Below are positions 10,247-20,811 of a DNA stretch of 64,000 nt, in pieces. Position 1 is the stretch's first letter. Every line of letters starts with the position of its first letter. The position numbers and the translations under genes were made by a program. The notes below the pieces were generated by a model. The model ran no database searches. It worked only from the letters and a program-made list of their open reading frames with translations, and was not told the DNA's origin. The DNA is from Alkalicoccus sp. (GTDB taxonomy: Bacteria > Bacillota > Bacilli > Bacillales > Salisediminibacteriaceae), in assembly GCA_007692495.1 (NCBI GenBank), contig REBZ01000152.1, positions 16,626-80,625 of the forward strand, read 5' to 3'.

Positions 10247-12814
10247 GTGACTACCTTTATGTCAGAAAAACGAATTGATGTGGACCAGCTGAACAAAGAT
10301 ATTGAGCAGTTTCCACAGGTGTTTCCTGTAACACCGGAGATGCACCGCAGGCAGAGCGGCGTGTCAAAACTTGTTATGCTGGACCGTTATACATTCAAGG
10401 ACACGGAGAAAAAAACACTGAAGCCGGGGGATTTTGTCGTTCTGACCGTTAAATCGGATCCTAAATTTCCGGCGCGGGGTTATGGTTTCGTAACGGAAGT
10501 GGACTGGAAGAACGGCACAGCAAAAATTGCTGTGGATGAAGAGTTTCTTTCTGTTCTCGACGAACCCGAAGAAAAAAAGACCGGAATCGTGGAGCGGCCG
10601 CTGGCCACAATCGAAAAACCGCTGGAAGTATATTACGAGCAAATTGCAAAACGAAACGCCAGAGGGCTTTCTTCTGTAGAAACGTCGGAAGAAAAGAAAC
10701 AGGAATGGTTTACCCGTTTTTATGAAGAGCTAGTAAACATGAATTTTGTCCCGGCTGGCCGTGTTCTTTACGGTGCCGGGGCAGATACGGATGTTACCTA
10801 CTTTAACTGTTACGTTATGCCTTTTGTTGCAGATTCCAGAGAAGGTATCTCCGATCACCGGAAGCAGGTAATGGAAATCATGAGCCGGGGCGGCGGTGTC
10901 GGGACAAATGGATCCACACTTCGTCCACGAAACACGCTGGCACGGGGAGTTAACGGAAAGTCCTCCGGATCGGTCTCATGGCTTGATGACATTGCCAAAC
11001 TGACTCATCTTGTTGAACAGGGAGGCTCGCGGCGCGGGGCTCAGATGATCATGCTTTCGGACTGGCATCCGGACGTTCTCGAATTTATTATTTCGAAAAT
11101 GCAGAACCCGCGGATACTCCGTTACCTGCTGGAAAATACGAGTGATGAGCAGATTAAAGAACTTATAAAAGATAAATTAAAATTCACGCCGTTCACAGAA
11201 CTCGAAGAAGCAATGTATCAGAGCATAGTTAATTATAAGCATATAGAAGGACAGGGAGGTTTCGATCCTAAAGTTATCCGTGACGCAGAAAATAAGCTGC
11301 GGGACGGTGGTACCTACGAAGTGAATAATCCTGAGTTTTTAACCGGAGCGAATATATCCGTATGTATTACGAAAGAATTTATGGATGCTGTCGAAAGGGA
11401 TGAGGATTATGAACTCCGTTTCCCGGATGTCGAAAATTATAATGAAGCAGAAATGGAAGCCTATAATCGGGAGTGGCAGGAATACGGAGATGTGCGCGAA
11501 TGGAAAGAGCTCGGCTTTGGCATTCGTACTTATCGTACAATAGCAGCAAAAGAGCTGTGGAATTTAATTAACGTCTGTGCCACGTACTCGGCAGAACCTG
11601 GTATTTTCTTTATCGATAATGCAAATGAAATGACAAACGCCAGTGCCTACGGACAGAAAGTAGTTGCGACGAACCCATGCGGCGAACAGCCGCTCGCTCC
11701 ATATTCTGTGTGCAACCTTGCAGCGGTCAACCTGGCTGAGATGGCAGATCCGGCTTCGAAAAAAGTAGATTTCGAAAAACTGGCAGGTACAGTGGCAACT
11801 GGTGTGAGAATGCAGGATAATGTTATTGACGCCACTCCTTATTTCCTGGAAGAAAACACTAAACAGGCTTTGGGAGAGAGGCGCGTTGGTCTTGGAGTCA
11901 TGGGTCTGCACGATCTGTTGATTGAAACAGAAACGACCTATGGTTCTGAAGAAGGAAACGCGCTTGTGGATAAAATTTTCGAAACAATAGCTGTTACAGC
12001 CTACCGGACATCGATTGCGCTTGCAGAGGAAAAAGGAAGCTTTCCTTATCTGGAGGGGGACAGTCCCGAAGAGTCGGATTATCTCCGGACACGTTTTACA
12101 GAAACAGGCTACATGAGAAAAATGCCTGAAGATATTCTTGAAGGGGTCCGTAATTACGGCATTCGTAATTCCCACCTGCTTACAGTGGCCCCTACAGGTT
12201 CTACCGGCACAATGGTAGGTGTTTCAACAGGACTTGAGCCGTACTTCTCCTTCTCGTACTTCCGAAGCGGCCGGCTCGGAAAATTTATCGAAGTGAAAGC
12301 GGCTATTCTTCAGCGCTACCTTGATAAACATCCGGAGCAGGATCCGGACAATCTTCCGGAATGGTTCGTATCCAGTATGGACCTGCCGCCGGAAGCTCAT
12401 GCGGATGTCCAGTGTGTTATTCAGAAGTGGGTCGACAGTTCATTGAGTAAAACAGTAAACGCACCAAAAGGATACACAGTCGATCAGGTAAAAGGCGTTT
12501 ATGAACGTCTCTATAAGGGTGGAGCCAAAGGTGGAACGGTATATGTGGACGGAAGCCGTGATTCCCAGGTTCTTACTCTGAAAGCCGAGGAAAACGATAA
12601 TTACGCAGTCGATCTTACCGGCGGGGAAGAACGTGGCGAAACGAACAAACCGGTCGTCCTCGTTGATACGATTGCCGACCTCCGCTCAACTTCTGTCAAT
12701 TACGGAAGTGAAGTCGGTGACACGTGTCCTGTCTGCCGCCAGGGAACAGTAGAGGATATTGGGGGGTGCAATACGTGCACCAACTGCAGTGCTCAGCTGA
12801 AATGCGGTCTGTAA
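10247..12814 (+). CDS. nrdJ: Class II (adenosylcobalamin-dependent) ribonucleotide reductase
   Basis: PAGRVL, FNCYV, ATNPCGEQPL, APTGS; C-terminal CPVC..C..C..C tail; no adjacent beta-subunit gene. Confidence 0.9.
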   Translation: MTTFMSEKRIDVDQLNKDIEQFPQVFPVTPEMHRRQSGVSKLVMLDRYTFKDTEKKTLKPGDFVVLTVKSDPKFPARGYGFVTEVDWKNGTAKIAVDEEFLSVLDEPEEKKTGIVERPLATIEKPLEVYYEQIAKRNARGLSSVETSEEKKQEWFTRFYEELVNMNFVPAGRVLYGAGADTDVTYFNCYVMPFVADSREGISDHRKQVMEIMSRGGGVGTNGSTLRPRNTLARGVNGKSSGSVSWLDDIAKLTHLVEQGGSRRGAQMIMLSDWHPDVLEFIISKMQNPRILRYLLENTSDEQIKELIKDKLKFTPFTELEEAMYQSIVNYKHIEGQGGFDPKVIRDAENKLRDGGTYEVNNPEFLTGANISVCITKEFMDAVERDEDYELRFPDVENYNEAEMEAYNREWQEYGDVREWKELGFGIRTYRTIAAKELWNLINVCATYSAEPGIFFIDNANEMTNASAYGQKVVATNPCGEQPLAPYSVCNLAAVNLAEMADPASKKVDFEKLAGTVATGVRMQDNVIDATPYFLEENTKQALGERRVGLGVMGLHDLLIETETTYGSEEGNALVDKIFETIAVTAYRTSIALAEEKGSFPYLEGDSPEESDYLRTRFTETGYMRKMPEDILEGVRNYGIRNSHLLTVAPTGSTGTMVGVSTGLEPYFSFSYFRSGRLGKFIEVKAAILQRYLDKHPEQDPDNLPEWFVSSMDLPPEAHADVQCVIQKWVDSSLSKTVNAPKGYTVDQVKGVYERLYKGGAKGGTVYVDGSRDSQVLTLKAEENDNYAVDLTGGEERGETNKPVVLVDTIADLRSTSVNYGSEVGDTCPVCRQGTVEDIGGCNTCTNCSAQLKCGL

Positions 12815-12918
12815 AAGGAACCTGTTATTTTGGTTGTTTTTTAAGCTCTCTGAAAGACGATTGTCTATGTGAAAAAGTAAGTTTTTAAAACGCGGCGGAG
12901 CTGCCAGAAAAATTATCG

Positions 12919-12950
12919 AGAGGCCGGAACCTGCAGGTTCCGGCCTCTTT
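12919..12950 (+). terminator. Perfect 30-bp palindrome, probable nrdJ terminator
   Basis: AGAGGCCGGAACCTG|CAGGTTCCGGCCTCT followed by Ts. Confidence 0.6.
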
Positions 12951-13149
12951 GCGGGATAAGTAGTTTACAGGATTTTATACGAGTGCAGTTCAGCTTCATA
13001 TTGTTTAAGCCCGAATTGACTTTTGCCCCGCCTGGTTATTTATCATGCGGGACCGGCACTGCATAGAAATACTTAATTCATTATGCTAAAATAAAAGTGC
13101 ATATTACAGTTTCTGCACTTTATAAGCGGAAACGTCTGGAGGATGCCCT

Positions 13150-13584
13150 ATGCCGACACCAAGTATGGAAGATTACTTAGAACGAATATACCAGTTGATT
13201 GATGAAAAAGGATATGCCCGAGTTTCAGATATAGCAGAGGCATTAGCTGTACATCCTTCTTCTGTTACTAAAATGGTACAGAAATTAGACGCAAATGATT
13301 ACCTGGTTTACGAAAAATACCGTGGACTTGTACTTACTTCCAAAGGTCGAAAGATAGGAAAGAGACTCGTTTACCGGCATGAACTGCTGGAAGAGTTTAT
13401 GCGTATTATTGGAGTCGATGAATCAAGAATTTATAAGGACGTCGAAGGTATTGAACATCACCTGAGCTGGGAAGCAATAGACAGGGTGGGGGATCTTGTC
13501 CAATATTTTGAAGAAGAACCGGAAAGAGTGGAATCTCTTCGTAAAGTGCAGGAAAAAAATGAGGAAGCAGTAAAAGATAATTGA
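13150..13584 (+). CDS. mntR: Mn2+-dependent DtxR-family regulator MntR
   Basis: [28 protein letters not shown]. Confidence 0.95.
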   Translation: MPTPSMEDYLERIYQLIDEKGYARVSDIAEALAVHPSSVTKMVQKLDANDYLVYEKYRGLVLTSKGRKIGKRLVYRHELLEEFMRIIGVDESRIYKDVEGIEHHLSWEAIDRVGDLVQYFEEEPERVESLRKVQEKNEEAVKDN

Positions 13585-13612
13585 CTGGAATTTAAAAAAT
13601 AAACGAGTAAAG

Positions 13613-13651
13613 ACAGAAAAAGGCTGCCCGTGAAGGACAGCCTTTTTCTGT
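13613..13651. terminator. Bidirectional terminator downstream of mntR
   Basis: ACAGAAAAAGGCTG...CAGCCTTTTTCTGT inverted repeat. Confidence 0.75.
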
Positions 13652-13740
13652 ACTGTTGATAAAATAGTTTTATGGATTTTTACCTCGTTCTGAGCCCTGC
13701 GGACCTGGGCTGCGGATTTATTAAGGACAGTCTTTACTTA

Positions 13741-14538
13741 CTACCGGACAATCTGCTCAGCACTTCCGTGTCTTTCGTATAAATTAGCAACGAGCAGAAG
13801 AAAAGGAAGAATAAGTGTTATCCATAACCCTATAAAAACACCGGTTACGAGTTCTCCGGTCATAAATACACTGAACACCGGTCTTACAGCGGACAGTAGA
13901 AAAACAATTCCTGCCGAACCGATAATAAAAGCGATAACCTTACTTTTCCTCGGGGTAGCTTCCACGTGCAGTCTGATTTTGTACTGTTCCATGGAAGCAC
14001 CGACGCCAATACCAAGAAGGATTCCCGGAAGAAGAAGAAAGTAGGCCTCTGGATAAATCAATGCGGAAATAAATATCGGCATAATGATGGAAAAGGTAAA
14101 CAGGTAGGCATCAGGCATGGAGCCGAGCCATTCGTGACTTCGATAAAGGGTGTAGCTGATAAACCCCCCAATAATAATACCGCCTGTAATAGAAAAAACA
14201 GAAACACCCTCCAGCAGATAACCGAGGCTTACTGCCAGGGGAACAGCCATACACAATGCCACCTCATATTTTCTTTTGCAGAGAGGCAGGAGAAAAGCAA
14301 ACAGGGTAACCGTCGTCTGAACGTGCGGATGGGTAACGAGCGCCTGCTGATTATTTAATTGTATATAAGGAAAATACATAATAATAATATAGCCGACAGC
14401 CAGCGAAAGAATAGTAAGGTAAAGCAGCTGAAAACCGGCGCGTTTGTCCAGCCCCCAATACACAGTACCGGCAGTGATGAGCCAGCCTATAAAAAGCAGC
14501 TGCGAATATATATTCACAAAAAATTCAGGAGCCGACAT
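13741..14538 (-). CDS. Multi-pass membrane protein, degenerate PAP2-like
   Basis: About 8-9 hydrophobic segments; YWGLDKRAG resembles membrane PAP2 N-termini; catalytic motifs absent. Confidence 0.65.
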   Translation of the reverse strand: MSAPEFFVNIYSQLLFIGWLITAGTVYWGLDKRAGFQLLYLTILSLAVGYIIIMYFPYIQLNNQQALVTHPHVQTTVTLFAFLLPLCKRKYEVALCMAVPLAVSLGYLLEGVSVFSITGGIIIGGFISYTLYRSHEWLGSMPDAYLFTFSIIMPIFISALIYPEAYFLLLPGILLGIGVGASMEQYKIRLHVEATPRKSKVIAFIIGSAGIVFLLSAVRPVFSVFMTGELVTGVFIGLWITLILPFLLLVANLYERHGSAEQIVR

Positions 14539-14595
14539 AAAAAAACCTCCCAAAAAGCAAAATCACTCATAAACTATAGAAAAAGAGCCAAGCGG

Positions 14596-15006
14596 TTAAA
14601 ACAAAGCCCGGCTCTTTTTCTTGGTGTTCTTTTTCCCTTCGATAACGGTAAGTTTCACATCCGACTGTTTTTTAATCAAGGGCCGCGTTCCCCGTTTTTC
14701 ATGTTTTACAGTTTTTAGAGCGGTATTTCCGCGGCGGGGTTTCGCACGGCTTTTACCTCTGTGGGCCTGGGAGGCAGCAGGTTCCGGCTTTCCATTTTTA
14801 ACAGGTACCTGAAATCCGGATTGACGCTGCATGAGCCGGGGCTGAATATAACGCCGGAAGACGAGTATAAGCAGCGTAACAACTCCTACCGTTACAAATA
14901 TGTTTCTTATAAAACCGCCCGGATCCTGAATCAGGTGTCCGCCGATTCCTAAAACCGCGAGTCCGACGACAAGAAGAAGGACAGGGGGCAGACTTTTAAA
15001 AGACAT
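14596..15006 (-). CDS. yqhP: YqhP/SA1362-family membrane protein
   Basis: Two N-terminal TM helices; basic tail ending LTVIEGKKNTKKKSRALF; synteny. Confidence 0.75.
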   Translation of the reverse strand: MSFKSLPPVLLLVVGLAVLGIGGHLIQDPGGFIRNIFVTVGVVTLLILVFRRYIQPRLMQRQSGFQVPVKNGKPEPAASQAHRGKSRAKPRRGNTALKTVKHEKRGTRPLIKKQSDVKLTVIEGKKNTKKKSRALF

Positions 15007-15488
15007 ATGCTCACACCTCCAGGGAAGTTTAGCTGCAGGCAGCTCGGGGCAGGTATCAGAGATATTATTAATTATAATTCTACACTATTGTTTCAAATAC
15101 CTCCATTAAATCTGTGTATTTCTATTCCCTCTCTTCGAATATATTACACCTCTCTTTCACCGGACCGGCGGGGCAAGCTATTCAAGAAGGGAGCCTTATG
15201 ATAAAATACCATTGGGGAGAAGGTGAAATGACCTTCATCCGCTTGTTTCGATAAAAAAAATAAACAACTGTGGGGCTATTCACATTAGAAAAACGCCAAA
15301 AACAGTTTCACAGGGAGAACTACTCATTCTCCATGCTGATTGTGGAGCGCAGCCGGCTCCTTCATATCCGCCTCCTGCCTGGAGATAAGCTTTTTTCACA
15401 TAGCAGCAGCCAGTTTTAAGCAGGGGCTGAAGTTTAAAAAAGCAGAGTCGGGGAAGCAGAAAGCCAAAATATGTATAGGAGGAAGCCA

Positions 15489-16550
15489 TTGAATAAATTA
15501 GAAGAAATCCGTTCGAGGATGAAAGAAACCGAAATTGATGGGATTATTATAACAAGTACATACAACCGGAGATATATTACAGGATTTACAGGGACAGCAG
15601 GGGCAGCGGTTATATCGAATACAGAAGCAAAGCTTATTACGGATTTTCGCTATACAGACCAGGCTGAAAATCAAGCCGGGGAATTTGAGGTTATTGAACA
15701 CAAAGTTCCCCTTATCGAAGAAGCGTCCTCCCAGCTTAAAAAAATGGGAATTAACCGGCTGGGCTTTGAAAAAAACCATGTGACGTTTGGTGAATATGAA
15801 GCATACAGCGAAAAACTAGGTGTAGAACTCGTGCCGGTGGAGGGCCTTGTAGAACAACTTCGTCTCTGTAAAACCGAAGAAGAACTTAAGGTCATTCAGA
15901 AGGCAGTGGATATTGCCGACGAAGCTTTCACCCATATTCAAAGTTTTATAAAACCTGGAGTAAAAGAAATCGACGTATCAAATGAACTGGAATTTTTCAT
16001 GCGGAGGAAAGGCGCGGACTCTTCTTCGTTCGATATTATCGTTGCATCCGGATATCGGTCGGCTCTGCCGCATGGAGTCGCCAGTCATAAAGAAATTGAA
16101 TCGGGAGAACTTGTCACTCTTGATTTCGGAGCTTATTACAAAGGATATTGCTCAGATATTACAAGGACAGTGGCGGTAGGAGAACCTGCAGATAAACTGA
16201 GGGAAATTCATGACACAGTACTTCAAGCGCAGATCCGAGGAGTAGAAGGACTAAAGCCCGGGATGACAGGCAGAGAAGCAGATGCTCTCACACGGGATTA
16301 CATTAAAGAAAAAGGATACGGTGAATTTTTCGGTCATTCCACAGGTCACGGAATGGGACTGGAAGTGCATGAAGGACCAGGACTGTCCTTTAGAAGCAGT
16401 CAGAAACTGGAACCGGGGATGGTAGTAACAGTGGAACCGGGAATTTATGTATCGGGCACGGGTGGCACGAGAATTGAGGACGACGTAGTTATTACAGAGG
16501 AAGGATGCCGTATTCTTTCAAAGTCTCCGAAAGAACTAATCGTTTTGTAG
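15489..16550 (+). CDS. papA: Xaa-Pro aminopeptidase (M24; YqhT/PapA)
   Basis: TTG after AGGAGG; DFGAYYKGYCSDITRT, HSTGHGMGLEVHE, EPGIY; lies upstream of efp. Confidence 0.92.
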   Translation: MNKLEEIRSRMKETEIDGIIITSTYNRRYITGFTGTAGAAVISNTEAKLITDFRYTDQAENQAGEFEVIEHKVPLIEEASSQLKKMGINRLGFEKNHVTFGEYEAYSEKLGVELVPVEGLVEQLRLCKTEEELKVIQKAVDIADEAFTHIQSFIKPGVKEIDVSNELEFFMRRKGADSSSFDIIVASGYRSALPHGVASHKEIESGELVTLDFGAYYKGYCSDITRTVAVGEPADKLREIHDTVLQAQIRGVEGLKPGMTGREADALTRDYIKEKGYGEFFGHSTGHGMGLEVHEGPGLSFRSSQKLEPGMVVTVEPGIYVSGTGGTRIEDDVVITEEGCRILSKSPKELIVL

Positions 16551-16614
16551 CTGCTGTGGGTTATAAAAAGTACGGTCTGATTCATCAGGATATTTAATAA
16601 AGGAGGAACAAAAT

Positions 16615-17172
16615 ATGATTTCAGTAAACGATTTTAAAACAGGACTGACAATTGAAACAGATAATGATATTTGGCAGGTACTTGAATTTCAACACGTTAA
16701 ACCGGGAAAAGGTGCGGCATTTGTTCGTTCAAAACTGCGGAGTCTCCGGACAGGAAACACCCAGGAAAAAACATTCCGGGCCGGTGAAAAAGTTGAGAAG
16801 GCACACATCGAAAACAAAACGATGCAGTATCTGTATTCCAGCGGGGATGACCATGCATTTATGGATACTTCCTCCTATGAACAAATTGACCTTCAAACCG
16901 GCCAGATTAAACGCCAGCTTAAATTTTTAAAAGAGAATATGGAAGTCAGTATACTCATGTACGGCAATGAAATTCTCGGTGTCGAACCTCCTCAGTCCGT
17001 GGAACTGGAAGTAACAGAGACGGAACCCGGTATCAAGGGAGACACAGCATCCGGAGGTACGAAACCGGCAACGCTGGAAACAGGTCTTACTGTACAGGTT
17101 CCTTTCTTTGTCAATCAGGGGGACAAACTCATTATTGATACACGGGAAGGGAAGTACGTATCCCGGGCCTAA
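16615..17172 (+). CDS. efp: Elongation factor P
   Basis: [29 protein letters not shown]. Confidence 0.98.
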   Translation: MISVNDFKTGLTIETDNDIWQVLEFQHVKPGKGAAFVRSKLRSLRTGNTQEKTFRAGEKVEKAHIENKTMQYLYSSGDDHAFMDTSSYEQIDLQTGQIKRQLKFLKENMEVSILMYGNEILGVEPPQSVELEVTETEPGIKGDTASGGTKPATLETGLTVQVPFFVNQGDKLIIDTREGKYVSRA

Positions 17173-17211
17173 TAAAAACACCGGCAGAGCCGGCATGCAG
17201 GAGGTAATAGT

Positions 17212-17547
17212 ATGGAGTGGTCAGATTTAACGGAAGGCGCTAAAGCAGTTCTGGAGCAGACGCGCAACATCAAAAACGACAAAATACAAATTGTGGAGTT
17301 TCAAGTGGGGTTTGAACAGGAGGCGGAGGAAGCTGAAGGGGCACCCGTCTCCATTCAGGAAAAAGATTACGAAAGCCTGAAACAATATACGAAAGAAAAT
17401 GGATATGGAGAAAAGTACCATATGGCAAGAAACAGGGACATGGTCAAGATTATACTGCTGGAAGATGGTAAAATACCAGATAACCTTTCAGATTTCCCTG
17501 TATTTAGAGAGTATAAGAACACCCCTAAGACGGAAGAAGAAGTGTAA
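17212..17547 (+). CDS. Hypothetical acidic protein (111 aa)
   Basis: Strong RBS AGGAGGT, clean ORF followed by a terminator; no recognisable motif. Confidence 0.7.
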   Translation: MEWSDLTEGAKAVLEQTRNIKNDKIQIVEFQVGFEQEAEEAEGAPVSIQEKDYESLKQYTKENGYGEKYHMARNRDMVKIILLEDGKIPDNLSDFPVFREYKNTPKTEEEV

Positions 17548-17591
17548 AAAGAGGGGGCGGGGCCTTACAGTGACGGCCTGCCCCCCTTTTA
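17548..17591 (+). terminator. Intrinsic terminator
   Basis: GGGGGCGGGGCC...GGCCTGCCCCCC-TTTT. Confidence 0.7.
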
Positions 17592-17633
17592 TAGCAATAA
17601 GCCGGTTTCAGATCCGAAATTCCTGCGTGTTAT

Positions 17634-17647
17634 TGTAAGCGTTACCA
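17634..17647. promoter_or_regulatory. Putative cre (CcpA) site upstream of accBC
   Basis: TGTAAGCGTTACCA matches TGWAARCGYTWNCW. Confidence 0.5.
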
Positions 17648-17892
17648 CCTGATAAGATCTAATACATTGCAGATATATTTTATAGTACGGCAGTTTTTGT
17701 AAAAAAGGTTTTCAATCCGGTTGATTTAAGGTAGCATAAATCTTATATAGACAGTCTGGCATAGAGTACATAATAAGCTCAGTCTGTGCCGGGGGTGCTC
17801 ATATAGAAATAGAGTGGCTGCAGAGCTCTGTTTCTTACTGTTCCAATAAAAATGCTTCAGCTGAAGCTAAAACAAAAACAGGAGTGAAAACT

Positions 17893-18390
17893 ATGTTGAA
17901 AATTCAGGAAATACGAGAGTTGATTAAATTAGTTGATGATTCCACCATTAGTGAATTTAAATATGAGCAGAATGGTGCCAAGGTTCTTTTAAGGAAAAAC
18001 AGCTCTTCAGGGGAGACTGCTCAAATCTCCCAGCCGGAGAAGACATCTTCGGAAGCGCCAGCTGCTCCGCCAGCTGCTCCAGTACAGCAGGAAGCTTCTA
18101 AACCGGCGGTTGAAGAACAACCGCAAAAAGAAACTTCCGAGTCGGAAAATCTTCACAAAATTTTCTCTCCTATGGTCGGAACGTTTTATTCGTCACCTTC
18201 CCCGGATGCTGATCCTTACGTTAAAAAGGGTGATAAAGTAAAAAATGAAAGTGTTGTATGTATTGTCGAAGCAATGAAGCTTATGAATGAAATAGAAGCA
18301 GAAATTGATGGAGAAATTGTGGAAGTACTTGCAGAAAACGGCCAGCTGGTGGAATACGGCCAGGAACTATTTCTTGTGAAGCCGGAATAG
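17893..18390 (+). CDS. accB: Acetyl-CoA carboxylase biotin carboxyl carrier protein
   Basis: EAMKLMN biotinylation motif; Ala/Pro-rich linker. Confidence 0.97.
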   Translation: MLKIQEIRELIKLVDDSTISEFKYEQNGAKVLLRKNSSSGETAQISQPEKTSSEAPAAPPAAPVQQEASKPAVEEQPQKETSESENLHKIFSPMVGTFYSSPSPDADPYVKKGDKVKNESVVCIVEAMKLMNEIEAEIDGEIVEVLAENGQLVEYGQELFLVKPE

Positions 18391-18399
18391 AGGGATATT

Positions 18400-19758
18400 A
18401 TGCTGAAAAAAATTCTAATAGCTAATCGTGGGGAAATCGCGGTAAGAATAATCAGAGCTTGTAAAGAAATGGGTATTAAAACAGTAGCTGTGTATTCCAC
18501 AGCCGATCATGATGCTCTGCATGTGAAACTTGCGGATGAATCCTACTGCATCGGTCCGGTCTCAAGTGCAGACAGTTATTTGAATTTCACAAATATCATG
18601 AGTGCTGCAACACTGACGGAATCCGATGGAATTCATCCGGGATATGGCTTTCTTTCAGAAAACCCTGATTTTGCAGAAATCTGTGGAGCCTGCAACATTA
18701 CGTTCATAGGCCCGAGCCCCTACGCAATCAGTCAGATGGGAACTAAAGATGTCGCCAGAAAAACGATGGAGGAAGCGGGAGTTCCCGTTGTTCCCGGCTC
18801 GGACGGACTTGTTAAATCTCCGGATGACGGCGTAAGAGTAGCCGAAGAAATCGGCTATCCCGTTATTATCAAAGCAACGGCCGGCGGCGGAGGTAAGGGT
18901 ATCCGTGTGGCGAAAACCGAAGAGGAACTCCGAAAAGGAATTTCCGTAACCCAGAAAGAGGCAAAAGCCAATTTTGGTAACGAAGGCGTTTACCTTGAAA
19001 AATTCATTGAAGATTTCCGTCATGTGGAAATTCAGGTGATGGCTGATAACTATGGGAATGTTGTTCATCTTGGAGAGAGGGACTGTACTATTCAGCGCCG
19101 TCTTCAGAAGCTTGTGGAAGAAACACCTTCACCGGCTATTTCGCCGGAAATAAGGGAAGAGATGGGTCAGGCAGCTGTGAGAGCAGCTAAAGCTGTCGAA
19201 TATACAGGTGCCGGTACTATTGAATTTATTTTCGACCATACGGAAAACCGGTTTTATTTTATGGAAATGAATACGCGGATACAGGTGGAGCATCCTGTTA
19301 CGGAAATGGTGACGGGAGTGGATCTGATCAAAGAAATGATTCATGTGGCATCCGGAAAAGAGCTTTCGGTAAAACAGGAGGATATTGTTTTCAACGGATG
19401 GTCAATTGAATGCCGGATTAATGCAGAAGATCCGTTTAAAAACTTTATGCCTTCTCCCGGAAGAATTACGTATTATCTTCCACCGGGAGGACCGGGGGTG
19501 AGAGTCGACAGCGCTGTTTATACAGGCTATATGATCAGCCCTTATTATGATTCCATGGTTGCGAAATTAATTGTTTATGGAGCAGACCGTGAAGAAGCCG
19601 TTGCCAAAATGGAAAGGGCACTGGATGAGTTTATGGTGGAAGGTGTTAAAACGACAATTCCATTCCATCAGCAGCTTTTTGCCCACGAGGTTTTCCGCAG
19701 CGGGGATTTTAACACTAAGTTCCTGGAGACATATCCGATTAAACCGAGGGAGGAATAA
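18400..19758 (+). CDS. accC: Biotin carboxylase
   Basis: [25 protein letters not shown]. Confidence 0.97.
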   Translation: MLKKILIANRGEIAVRIIRACKEMGIKTVAVYSTADHDALHVKLADESYCIGPVSSADSYLNFTNIMSAATLTESDGIHPGYGFLSENPDFAEICGACNITFIGPSPYAISQMGTKDVARKTMEEAGVPVVPGSDGLVKSPDDGVRVAEEIGYPVIIKATAGGGGKGIRVAKTEEELRKGISVTQKEAKANFGNEGVYLEKFIEDFRHVEIQVMADNYGNVVHLGERDCTIQRRLQKLVEETPSPAISPEIREEMGQAAVRAAKAVEYTGAGTIEFIFDHTENRFYFMEMNTRIQVEHPVTEMVTGVDLIKEMIHVASGKELSVKQEDIVFNGWSIECRINAEDPFKNFMPSPGRITYYLPPGGPGVRVDSAVYTGYMISPYYDSMVAKLIVYGADREEAVAKMERALDEFMVEGVKTTIPFHQQLFAHEVFRSGDFNTKFLETYPIKPREE

Positions 19759-19760
19759 GG

Positions 19761-20171
19761 ATGGCTGAATATCAGATGATCCAGCTTCCGGGACATAAAA
19801 ATGATTTAGGTAAAGTGGAAATATCACCGGACGTAATTGAAATAATAGCCGGGCTGGCTGCTTCAGAGATCGATGGAGTGGACCACCTCCAGGGAAATTT
19901 TGCATCCGGAGTGGCGGAACGACTCGGAAGAAGAAGCTCCCACAGTAAAGGCGTAAGAGCTGAAGTGAGTGAAGAAGGTTTCACTCTTGACGTTTATATC
20001 GTTGCTAAATATGGGCATTCCATTCCTGAAACTGGAAAAAAAGTACAGGAAAACATCGTACTGACTTTAAAAACAATGACATCCATTGAAGTTTTATCTG
20101 TAAACATTCATATTACAGGCATTCAGTTTGAATCAAAAAACGATGAGGAAACTGTTCTGGCAGATTCCTGA
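19761..20171 (+). CDS. yqhY: Asp23/Gls24 family protein YqhY
   Basis: GKVEISPDVIEIIAGLAA; accC-nusB synteny. Confidence 0.9.
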   Translation: MAEYQMIQLPGHKNDLGKVEISPDVIEIIAGLAASEIDGVDHLQGNFASGVAERLGRRSSHSKGVRAEVSEEGFTLDVYIVAKYGHSIPETGKKVQENIVLTLKTMTSIEVLSVNIHITGIQFESKNDEETVLADS

Positions 20172-20378
20172 ACGTACTATGCAGAGCCGTCCCGGGTTAC
20201 CCTGGGGCGGCTTTAAGTTTGCTTATTAAATTTTCCGCCCTTTCCAGCGGAAGGTCTGTTAAATTCTCCGATATGCAGAGCGTTACGTTTTAAGACATCT
20301 TCGTGCAAGGGGCCCCTTTTCTATGCTATTATGAGTAAGTATTGAAATGACCTGTTAGCAGAAAAGGAGAAAGATAAA

Positions 20379-20780
20379 ATGAATCGACGAGTGGCACGGA
20401 TCAAATCCGTCCAGGCGCTGTACCAGGTCGAAATGACCGGGGTTTCAGCCGAAGAAGCAATTGAAGCAACGCTGGAAAAAGAAGAAGAAGAAAACGATTT
20501 TCTTCTTGACCTGGTAAAAGGAACACTGGAGAACCGGAAAGAAATAGACGGCCTTCTGGACAGTGTGCTGGAGCACTGGACGCTGTCACGTCTCTCCAGA
20601 GTGGACAGAGCGATACTCCGTCTATGTGTCTACGAAATGAAATACGTAGAAGATGTTCCTGTGAACGTAAGTATCAACGAAGCAATTGATCTGGCGAAAG
20701 GCTTTAATGCAGAGGAGGAAGCCGGGAAATTTGTAAACGGTGTTGCCTCCAAAATAGCTTCTATGCTCGAAAAAGAGTAA
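20379..20780 (+). CDS. nusB: Transcription antitermination factor NusB
   Basis: MNRRVAR..VQALYQ, DRAILR, INEAI.LAK, FVNGV. Confidence 0.95.
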   Translation: MNRRVARIKSVQALYQVEMTGVSAEEAIEATLEKEEEENDFLLDLVKGTLENRKEIDGLLDSVLEHWTLSRLSRVDRAILRLCVYEMKYVEDVPVNVSINEAIDLAKGFNAEEEAGKFVNGVASKIASMLEKE

Positions 20781-20811
20781 TGATAATTATCTGAAGGGGA
20801 GTTGTTTATCA

